A stretch of 64,000 nt of DNA, from assembly GCA_016748015.1 (NCBI GenBank), contig JAAOMT010000134.1, positions 1,060,757 to 1,124,756 of the forward strand, written 5' to 3'. This DNA is from Geosiphon pyriformis uo1 (Eukaryota; Fungi; Glomeromycota). The notes under the pieces are model-generated. The model was not told the DNA's origin. It did not search any database and saw only the letters and a program-made list of their open reading frames with translations. The first letter of the stretch is position 1. Every line of letters starts with the position of its first letter. The translations under genes were made by a program, and so were the position numbers. This document shows, piece after piece, positions 53,752-64,000 of the stretch.

Positions 53752-53768
53752 CCTCACAGGGAGCACCA
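53752..53768 (-). promoter_or_regulatory. Primer binding site of A (TGGTGCTCCCTGTGAGG)
   Basis: 2 nt inside the LTR end, complementary to a tRNA-like 3' end CCUCACAGGGAGCACCA. Confidence 0.9.
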
Positions 53769-53770
53769 AA

Positions 53771-54229
53771 TGTTACAGATGATTATTTGAAGTCTCAAAG
53801 CAAATAACAAACCTGTAACTTGGTGTTTAATTGATTGATAATGCTGGTAATACTGGTACATTGGTTGTATTTGAAGGTTTTAGAGTTGAGTCCTTTGTAT
53901 AATGAACAGAGATTCTTTGTTGATGTTATTTACAGTTAGTTTGTGTAAGTGTTTCCCAATTTCTTTCTCAGCTTGGTGGCTGGATTTATTTTGGCAGTCA
54001 TGCCCTTCTGGTAAGCTATCCAATAATATATATAATGCTACCCTTATTTCTGGGTCTTTTACCAGGCTATTCGTGACATCAATAACTCAGCACTTTTAAT
54101 CAATTAGTATACAACAAAATCAAATAAAAGAAGTAAAAGAAAATAAAAAAATGTAAGAAATAAGCCAAGATAATTTGCATGTTAGTATTCCGTCAATAGC
54201 TGTGATCAAGAGCTATTGTTCCAGTGTGG
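53771..54229 (-). repeat. 5' LTR of A, U5-side part
   Basis: Aligns with 44486-44945 and stops at the start of B. Confidence 0.93.
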
Positions 54230-55095
54230 TGTTATTCATAGAAATATAAGGAATATATATATTAGCATAGTTATTAACCAATTAGAAATAGATGTAGTAA
54301 AATGTGGAATTTCAGGATTCCTCTTAGAAATTGCAGGATTCCAGGAATTCCAGAATTCTTATAAGGAATCACAGGATTCCAGAATTCCAGAATTCCTCTC
54401 AAAGAAATTGTAGAATTCCAGGAATCTCAGGATTCCTGTTGTGAAAAATTGAGGAATTAAGGAATCTCAATTATGTATATATAGCAGTAGGATTAGAAGC
54501 TAAAAAAAAGACAGACCTCTCAGTTTAGATTTCATCTAGACAATTTTCCAAACCACAAATAAATAACTGTTTGTTATTTCAAACTCGCTGCCACTATCAA
54601 TACTTTATGTTGATAGTAATTGATACTTAACCATGCTAGAACAATAGCTCTTGATCATGGCTATTAATGGAATACTAACTTGCAAACTGCCTTGGCTTAT
54701 TTTTTTTCTTTTTTTCTTTTTCTTTTTTTTTCTTTATTTCTTGTTGTTGTTTATTAATTCTATTAAGGATTAATGCATGGAGTACTGACATCAGGATAAA
54801 CATGACTGGTAAAAGACCCAGAAATAAGAGTAAAACACTCAATTGAGGATAGCTTACCAGGAAGAATACTGGCCATCAAGCTGAGAAAAAAATTGACAAA
54901 ACTGTGGTTTCGGAAAGCTACAGATAAAACTATTACCATTGAATTTCTGTCCATTATACAAAGAACTCAACCAAACCCTTCGGATACAAACCTTTCAGAC
55001 ACAAATCTTCAGATTACTATCAACTGCAACTAGATTTGAGTACCAAGTTATGGGTTTGTTATTTAATTCAACACCAGAAATAGTCACTTGTAATA
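54230..55095 (+). repeat. 5' LTR of B (866 bp) with GGAATT/GGATTCC U3 array at ~54305-54440
   Basis: Matches 63554-64000. TATA-like tatatatag at ~54476. Confidence 0.93.
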
Positions 55096-55097
55096 TT

Positions 55098-55114
55098 TGG
55101 TGCTCCCTGTAAGG
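55098..55114 (+). promoter_or_regulatory. Primer binding site of B (TGGTGCTCCCTGTAAGG)
   Basis: 2 nt after the LTR end, same motif as in A and C. Confidence 0.9.
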
Positions 55115-55154
55115 TATAATCCTACAGAGAACCAGCACCAACACAAATTTAAAA

Positions 55155-58100
55155 GTGGCAGAATCAGAAAACATAAGAGCAAACCATCTAGGATTTGCAA
55201 AATCCTTATTTCAACATTACTGTCAACATTTGGGATTAAATCACAACCACATATCAGCAGAATTAGCTTTTAATTTCTATGTCAACAAAAGAATTGCTTA
55301 TCTGTTAAGAACACCAGTAAATATCAAATCAGCAAGAGAAACCTTTTACAGTGAATTAATTCAAAATACCAATCTGCCAACAAATCACAATTTTGCCTCC
55401 ATCATCATGAAAATCAACAAAAAAATTGAACACTACATACAGCAAAGATATCCCATTACTTATGTAAGCAAAGGCAAAGAAAAACTGCAAACACCAGCAG
55501 TAACACTTAAAAAAATACAACCACTTACTTAGAAGAAAACAAGAGTTGAGTCCTCAACTAATCCATCATACCACTATACACCTGAAAGTACCATTAATAT
55601 TACATCTACCAGCGCGGCCACATCAAACATGACATCAGCATTTGGACGATTTCTATTCCAAAGTAAACAAAAGAAAGCAGAGTTATTAGGACCATATGGC
55701 GTGTATTTTAAAGAATTTAACTCATGATTATCAACACCATCAGGACTCCAATTGCCACTATCTCCCCCAGATTTCAGAATTTCTGATCTGTGGGAAGTAA
55801 CAAAATCAGAAGAAAAGGAAGAAAAAAAAGCTGAAGATCAAGAATTCACTTACCAGAACCTGATTACTAAAAACCTGGAATTTGAAACCCCGAATCTTCA
55901 AACCCAGCAAAATTTAAACCCAGAAATTGAAACTCTGAATATTCAGATACCACCAACTCAAGATAATTGAAACCCCAATTTAATAAATCAACAAAACTTA
56001 CCTTCAGTAATCATCATCAATCAACTACTGATTAATCCAATAGCTGAACTCATACAACTACCACTTTAACTACTACTCCAACAACCCATGCAACAACAAC
56101 CATTTCAACTACCACCACAACAACCCAACTTAAATTCAATGGCCTACACACCAATTGCAAAACTTGACAATTTTACCAATGAAGAGGACGACGCCCAAAT
56201 ATAGCTTAATGACATTGAAAAAGCCATAGTGGCCAATGGATAGAATGACAGTAGAGCTCTTTAAGCAATCCCCTATTTTCTCAAAGATACTATCAACTTG
56301 TGGTATCAGAGCCTAGCTGTCAAACCACAAACCTTCAATGAGTTCAAAACAGAATTCTTGAGATACTTTAGTAATAACAATAGTATCAATTGCTTGACCA
56401 ACACATTCACCACCATCAAACAAGGGGACACAAAAGCAGTCACCACTTACTTGGAACACTTTCATAGAAATCTGCACCAAATTCAGACAATCCAAGCTGA
56501 TTACTTTATAGTGCCACAGATCTTGAACCAGTTCATTAGAGGATTGCGCAGTAGCATCCTTCAGTAAATACATTCAATGCATCCAGTTGACCTTCCAACT
56601 GCTGTCACTCACACCAGAGATTTTGAAGCAGCTGAGCTAGAAGCCTACCATGCCCAAGCTGTAAATTTAGTGATAAACAGATCATCTGACTTGGATTCCA
56701 AACTAAAACAATTCAGTAATACAATTAATTAGAAACTAGAGGAATACTTAGCTGACAATCATGCAATTTATCAATCACCACAACAACACAATAATTCAGA
56801 AAACACGAATCATTTTCAAAATCAGCCGCATCCATTAACATTATCGTCATTATTGTTACCCAATTAGCTGTGTCAGCCAAAAATGCATGTTTGCCACAAC
56901 TGTGGTAAACAAGGTCACATTAAAGCCAACTATTGATTTTATAGCAACAATTTATGATTGGGAAATCAATATCAAAACCCCAATCACAGATTTTAGACTC
57001 AGAATCACTACCCAAATCAAGACCAATATCAAACCACTTACCTGCCAATGACACAGCAACCAATCTATCAACTGCCAGTATATCAACCTCCAATTTATCA
57101 ACTGCAGCCACTGGTAATTTATTAGCTGCAGCCCCAAATAATTTATCAGTTCCAACAACCAATTTAAACACCACTCCAAAACCCCACTCAAATAACATTA
57201 GGAAACCCAAGACCTAAAATCACTCAAAACTGGAGATCAACAATGGTTGTTCATCAACTGATTTCTAGCTTCTCTCACCAACCATTAGACTCTTGACAGC
57301 AGAATCTGGGTACTGGTTCCACCCAAAATCCGAATTCCCAGAACTATTTAAGTCTCCTGGTTACCCCAAAAGATGCCACCACCAACAACTCGGAATCCAA
57401 TCCACCCCAAACAACACTCATCAACAATATTCCACCAGCAACAGTCACTGAAAATAAATCTCTCACAGCCATCTTTTCTTTCAAATTGGAGGAAACCATT
57501 AACCCACCTTTGTTCAGTGAAGCAGCACTTGAGAAGAAACTCATCACTGCAATGTACATTGATGTGAAAGTTGATGGTTACTCCATCAAACTGATCCTAG
57601 ATAGTGAATTAGTGGGCAGCATCATCACAAGACAACTCATGGATCAATTAGGTCACCGAGTTGATCGCACTGCCAGCACCAGGATTATTACAGCCAATGG
57701 AGCGACCAAAACACCCATTAGAGAGATTGATAATTTCTCCATAGAAGTCAACAGCATCATAGTACCAATCAAAGTACTTGTCATAGAAGCCACTTAATAT
57801 CAAGCACTTGTTGGGAACGACTGGCTGTCCAAAACCAACATGATCCTAGATTAGAACACCCAAGAGCTCCAGTTTAGCCAGAATGGTCAACACATACAGG
57901 TACCAGCCACATGTGGCCACTTTAAGCCTATTATCACACCATCAACACCACTTATTGAATTTGAAGAAGAAAAAGCAAAACTCTCCTGAGAAGTGTACCA
58001 AGTTTCATGGGCCAATGTCGATTACAATGAACTACCATCAATATTCATCTGGGACAACAATGACAACGAAAAAAAGAAACAAAGAAAAAAATCTATCTGG

Positions 58101-61100
58101 GAAGCCACCATCAATGCTTGGACTGACAACAACCAAAGTGAGATGCCACCAATTTTAGATTGGGAAAAAAAGAACAAGGAAAAAGGAAAAGGAAAGGAAG
58201 AAAACATATCTGAAGAAACCACCACTGCAGAAGAAATAACTAGTGGCTGGGAAAGGGAATACTCATGTGAACCAATAAAAGAGCCATCATATATACCTCT
58301 CAAATGCAAGGACTGTGAAAAGAAACTGTTCTCAATGAGAGCTTGGGTAGTGCCAGACAAAGACTACTAGATGCAAATCCATTACTATTGCAAGCCCTGC
58401 CATAGAGAACGATATGACTACCCAAAAAGACAAGACAAGTGAGACAACAAACCATGTCTTACTTGTGGTGAACAATTACTCGACAAAGAAATGTGGAATG
58501 ACATTCCTGGTCAAAAAGGAATGTGTGACACTTTGTGCCAATATATGATCCTCATCAGTAACTGGGTGAGTTGTGATATGTCCATCACAGCAGCATGGCA
58601 CTGAGCTATATCCCACCTAAATGGCTATCCACATGACAAGGATAAGATCTGGCAAATGGCCAATGCCAAAGTAGAAGGCGCTTTGCCCAGTGAAATTCTG
58701 GAGATCAAGAATAACTCTTTAGAACCAACAGACATTGTTTTGGTTTTCAACCCAAATGCCTTTATCAACTTAGAAAACAGCCCAAAAGAATTCTATGAAC
58801 ACTATCAGAATCTAGCACCCATAAGAGAAGAGCAAAAACAATGCTTAGAAAAAATCAACACCCAATTATGTGATCACTGTTTGATTCCATATGACTTCCA
58901 ATTCTGTGATGATTGTGACTTCATTTACAATCCACCACTATGCATGATCTACATGATCCCTGAAGAAGAAGAACCAATCAACAGCTATGCATCAGAATTG
59001 GAATTGAGTTCCAACTCCAATTTAAACTCTAACAACGACGATAACAAAAATAATGATTCCAGCTCTGTTCAAAATGGCTATAACAATGACAATGATTCCA
59101 ACTCAGATTCAAACTCCGATTCAAACTACAAACAATATATCACACTCTCTGACCTTATCAAGGAGCAAGAACTGAAATAGTTCAGTGATAATAATAAAGG
59201 TATCATGCCAGAACGTGCACATGATACTAATGCAGAATTTGATCTGAGATATTCAGAAAAAGACGTCATCAAATTGGAATCCCATTCGCACACTTGCATC
59301 AATCTGAAAATAGCACTGGAAATTCCAGCAACAACAATGGTTCAATTAGCATCTAGAAGTAGTTTAGTGAAAAAGGAAATAAACATTAGAAAAGGAATAA
59401 TTGATGCAAGATATGTGGGAAATATTATTGCTATGCTACAAAATAACTTAGAAAAGGCCTATGTTATAGAGCCAAATGAAAGGATAGCACAGGCAATATT
59501 CCTGCCTCTGGTGAAAATAGCTCAGTTAGTTTTAGTGAGAAATAGGAAAGAATTAGGAATAACAGCAAAAGGAATACAAAGATTTGGATCAACAGGTAGA
59601 ATAGATGTACCAGTTAATATGGTGGAAGAAAAAATTATTGGCCAAGGAGAAATAATCTCAACCAGTTAAACAATTTCCATTTCACCATATAGCTGATACA
59701 TATTAGCAATAGAAAAGAGAAAGAAGGAGCAAAAACAGATTTTTGAAGCAGAAGCAACCCTTTGTGAATCAGAAGAAATTGGACTTATCAATCTACACAT
59801 ACCAGCCAAAAGTCATAACCATATCAAAATTTCCATCTACAACAACACTGAAAATGTTGTAGAAATATCAGAAAAAACCACTCTTGGATATTTAACCACA
59901 TAAATTGAAAATCAAGCACCAAGCAGTATTCCAGATTTTTCACAGCTTTGTGGATATGTGGACATTACATCACAAACCATTTATGGACGAAACAAATGTT
60001 ATCTGTTACAGCCAGAACAATTGGAACAGATAAACATAGGAAATCTAGATTCACTTCAACAGATGCAACTAAAGATGTTACTCAATAATTTCAATGATAT
60101 CTTCACCAGTGAAAATGAATTTGGCAGAACTAATATTATCTAGCATCAGATCAAGACTAAAGATGCAATGCCAATTAAACAGCAAGCATATAGGGTACCA
60201 CCAGCCAGCCATGAAATCATCTATCAAGAGATCAACCAAATGCTTGACAATAGGTTAATTCAGCCATGAATGAGCTCATGGTCATTACCAGTAGTACTCA
60301 TCTGTAAGAAAAATGGAAAAATCCAATTTTGTGTAGACTACAGAAAACTCAATGGTGTAATTCGTGAAGACAGCTATCCAACTCTATGGATACAAGAACT
60401 ATTCAACACTTTCAGTGAAAACAAATGGTTCTCAATGTTAGACTTGGATAGTGGTTATTGACAAGTAGCCATGGATCCAGCCGACAAAGAAAAAATAGCA
60501 TTCACCACAAGAGAGAGAAACTTTGAATTTGAAGTTATGCCATTCAGCTTAATTAATGCTTCAGTTATATTCCAATGCTAAATGAAATTGTGTATACCAG
60601 CTTATTGTGGAAATCAGTAGTTGTATATTTGGATAACACCAATGTGTTCTCAAAAACATTTGATGATCATCTACATTATCTCCAACAAGTGTTCGAAAGA
60701 CTATGACAAGCAGGATTAAAATTGAATGCAACAAAGTATTTTTTTGGCAAAACAGAACTAAAATTCTTGGAACACATAGTTAGCAAAGATGGCATAAAAA
60801 CAGATTCAGAGAAAATAGAGATAGTAAAAAACTTTCCAATACCAACCAATGTAACCAAACTGAAATCATTCTTGGAATTTGCGAGCTATTATAGACACTT
60901 CATAAAAAATTTTTCAAAAATAGCACAACCACTCAATGATCTTCAAACCAAAAATGCAAAGTATAAATGAACTGAAACCCAGCAAGAAGCATTTGACATC
61001 TTAAGAAGAAAGCTTATTTACAGTATTGATCTATCCAGATCATAATAAACCATTCATTATCACCACTAATGCATCAGGTCAAGCATTGAGAGCAGTATTA

Positions 61101-61424
61101 TTTCAGAGAGGATTGGATAGAAGAGAACATCCAGTTACATATGCCAGCTGAGATTTGACTCCAGCCGAAAAAAACTATGGAATACCAAAATTAGAACATC
61201 TAGCAATCTATTGGGCAGTTATGAAATGGAAAGAATACTTAAGCCAAAAGTTTGAAGTGTACACAGATCACAAAAGATTGACATCACTCCAAAAACAAGA
61301 ATTTGGAGATGGAAAACAGTTAAGATGAAAAATGACTCTTTCGATATATACTTATATCATACATTATAAAAAGGGAAAAGACAATGGAAATGCTAACAGT
61401 TTGTTGTAAATAAGACAAATTTAA
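55155..61424 (+). pseudogene. B gag-protease-Cys-rich domain-dUTPase-RT-RNase H polyprotein, interrupted
   Basis: CHNCGKQGH, LILDSE, dUTPase, FCVDYRKLN, VYLDN, TTNASGQAL. Stop at 61422-61424. Confidence 0.93.
59205..59597 (+). pseudogene. dut: dUTPase domain of B
   Basis: AEFDL, RSSL, GIIDARYVG, RIAQAI, KGIQRFGSTG; motifs damaged by G>A changes. Confidence 0.92.
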
Positions 61425-61485
61425 GAACATTTTAACCCAAAAATATAACAAAACCAAAACAATACTCACAAAAATATAACAAAAG

Positions 61486-62856
61486 ATGAACACACAAAAA
61501 TATCAACAACTTCAACATTATATAGATACTCAACAGTTCAAGGAGAAATTATCTCAACCAGAACAAAAGAAAATCAAACAACAATCCAAATATTTTATCA
61601 CTTACCAAAATATACTTTATTAGAAAAATAGAAAAAATTCAAATCAACTAACCAGAGTAATTACAGAACCAGAAAAGGTGACAATACTGTTCAACATGCA
61701 CTCAGATCCAACTACAGAATATTTTTATAAAGAAGCAACCATGGAAAGAACCAGAAAGAGATACTATTGGCCATCAATGTATCCAGATATCATCCAATAT
61801 GTGCAAAATTGTGATGCTTGTCAAAAAAGAGGAGAAACAAGACCCAGTGAACCATTGAGACCAATCAAAGTAGAACAACTATTTGATCATATTAAAATTG
61901 ATTTAGTTGGACCATTGACAATTACCAGCAGAGACAACAGATATATTGCAGTAGCCATAGACTATCTTATTAAATGGCCAGAAGCCAAAGCAATTCAAAG
62001 AGTGGATGCAGAATCTATTGCCGAATTTGTCTATCAAGATCTGATTTGTCGACATGGATGTACAAAAGAACTATTATCAGACCAAGGAACCCATTTTGTA
62101 AATAAAACATTAGCAAAACTAAGCCAAAGATTCGGAATTAAGAGACCACTATCATCACCATACCATCTATAAACCAATGGATTAGTTGAAAAATTTAATA
62201 GAACATTGTGTGAAGCAATAGCAAAACTCAGCCAAAAAAACCAGGACAAATGGGATTTGTTCATATCATCAGTATTATTTGCTTATCAAACAATGAAGCA
62301 AGACACCACACAAGCAACACCATTTGAATTGATATATGGTAGAACAGCAACATTACCAGTTAAGATAAAGATTAACACATATCTAACTGAACCAATAACA
62401 GAAAAAAATTTCCAAGAAACATTGTTAAGAAGAACATATGACTTAATGGAAACATTAGAAAACAAATAAAGAAGAGCAGCTAATAACATACAAAAGTCAC
62501 AAGAGAAACAGAAAGAAAGACATGATAATTAACTACCAGACAAACCAGTTGAATTCAAGATTGGAGACAAAGTATTCTTATATTGTACCAAAGCAAAAAA
62601 ACAATGAAGTGGAAAATTTGATAAACCATTTCACATAGAAGAAATTCTAGGGAATGGAGCTTACAAATTAAGACTGGATAACAAAATCTTAACCAAAGCA
62701 GCACATGGAGATCAACTGAAACCATACCACAACATCACACTACCATCTACTAGTAATATTTCACAATTAGGAGTACAGAAGATACTAGTCCAACCAGAAG
62801 AAATTTCACGAGATCTAGAACCAATCATCATCATTGACAACAACACATTAAATTAA
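61486..62856 (+). pseudogene. B integrase, separate ORF
   Basis: Own ATG at 61486. HSDP..CDAC, IDLVGP, LLSDQGTHF, GLVEKFN. Confidence 0.93.
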
Positions 62857-62880
62857 TCCATCAAAAGAATATATAAAAAC

Positions 62881-63540
62881 ATGGTAGACGCGACAAGAAA
62901 TATCAGAAAAATAGAAATTACAGACAACATCCACTCACTAGCACAACAACTCTTTCAATTGATTCAACACCAAGAGATGTAAATTACAATTAATCAACAA
63001 ACCATCCGATATTAAGACACTAGAAAGACATTGCCACATAGAACACAGAAGAAAACAGAAAATACTATTGACAAAATCATTGTAAAAGTAAAATTAGCAA
63101 TAAAAGAGTTGACAAAAGAGTTACTATACCAAAAATTAACTAAAGAAACTTGGAATTGGTGAATACAACAATTTTCAAGAAACTATTGTTATTTTTATTT
63201 GAGACAACATGTAAATATTCAGAATCTATATATGGATAAAACAAAGCAATTATTTGATACAAAAATACTACAACAATTAGAATATTTTGTGGGAAAGAAC
63301 AACTTATCTATACAGGCCCAAGCCATATACCAAATACATACAGCATTTCAGGATCAATCAGAAATCTTACTTAACAAAGCAATGGATATGGTTACCAGTA
63401 ATCAATTAGGAAAGATCACCAATGCTTAATTTGAAGAATTACAGACTCAAATAACACAAGTAATTCTCGAAAATGAAATTCAGGAAATACTTCAAGAAGA
63501 GGAATTAACAGAGTTAGATTTTAATAGAGCTCAATATTAA
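62881..63540 (+). pseudogene. B orphan ORF in env position (220 codons, in-frame stops)
   Basis: ATG at 62881, ..DNIHSLAQQLFQLI...DFNRAQY-TAA abutting the PPT. Includes track ORF 63199-63429. Confidence 0.75.
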
Positions 63541-63553
63541 AAGGAGGGAATAA

Positions 63554-64000
63554 TGTTACTCATAGAAATATAGGGAATATATATATTAGCATAGTTATTA
63601 ACCAATCAAAAGTAGACGTAGTAAAATGTGGAATTCCAGGATTCCTCTCAGGAATTGCAGGATTCCAGAAATCCCAGGATTCCTCTCAAAGGAATTGCAG
63701 GATTCCAGAAATCCCAGAATTCCTGTTGTGAAGAATTGAGGAATTGAAGAATCTCAATTATGTATATATAACAGTAGAATTAGAAGCTAAAAAAAAGACA
63801 GACCTCTTAGTTTAGATTTTATCTAGACAACTTTCCAAACCACAAATAAATAACTGTTTGTTATCTCAAACCTGCTGCCACTATCAACACTTCATGTTGA
63901 TAGTAATTGATACTTAACCACGCTGGAACAATAGCTCTTAATTATGGCTATTGATGAAATACTAACTTGTAAACTGTCTTGGCTTATTTCTTTTTATTTT
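63554..64000 (+). repeat. 3' LTR of B, truncated by window end
   Basis: TGTTACTCATAGAAAT directly after the PPT, matches the 5' LTR. Confidence 0.95.

Larger units (their letters stand above)
44486..54229 (-). mobile_element. Ty3/Gypsy LTR retrotransposon A with dUTPase, degenerate; 5' LTR split by B
   Basis: 3' LTR 44486-45367, PPT 45368-45383, partial 5' LTR 53771-54229, PBS 53752-53768, complete domain series. Confidence 0.95.
54230..64000 (+). mobile_element. Ty3/Gypsy LTR retrotransposon B with dUTPase (sister family of A), degenerate; 3' LTR runs off the window
   Basis: 5' LTR 54230-55095, PBS 55098-55114, PPT aaaggagggaataa ending 63553, 3' LTR from 63554. Confidence 0.95.

Noticed and set aside
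53752-53768. tRNA gene fragment
   Set aside because: Only a 17-nt 3'-end match next to an LTR, which is a PBS; no cloverleaf.
54773-55155. Gag ORF starting inside the LTR and reading through the PBS
   Set aside because: The frames of A and B disagree by 2 nt and contain stops. The true Gag start remains unresolved.
62881-63540. Calling the third ORF env
   Set aside because: Too short, with no visible signal peptide or transmembrane anchor.
63880-63970. Known self-cleaving ribozyme in the LTR hairpin core
   Set aside because: No CUGANGA/GAAA, HDV or twister consensus found by eye; kept only as a conserved structure.

Overview
Eukaryotic genomic window, very probably fungal. The short introns, low GC and element families look Glomeromycotina-like, possibly Geosiphon; that taxon call is inference only. 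One CpG-containing island of four intron-rich host genes lies at ~7.2-19.3 kb: a Paf1-like gene, a large uncharacterised gene, a short gene with only the XMAP215/ch-TOG C-terminal helical domain, and CCT6. The rest is decayed transposon sequence: three RNase H-type LINE copies, five solo or partial LTRs, AT-rich deserts, and a nest of Ty3/Gypsy elements (C contains D, E and A; A contains B). The most unusual signal is the shared layout of the three Gypsy elements. Gag-PR-[Cys-rich insert]-[dUTPase in A and B]-RT-RNase H ends in a stop, integrase follows as a separate ATG-initiated ORF, and a ~210-220 codon orphan ORF sits in the env position. Their LTRs carry family-specific U3 tandem arrays and conserved hairpins, including a duplicated covarying RNA motif, and most insertion sites are 4-bp RYAT-like. 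All repeats show graded C>T/G>A erosion that extends beyond CpG. Coordinates were read by eye and may be off by a few bases, more so for the oldest elements.
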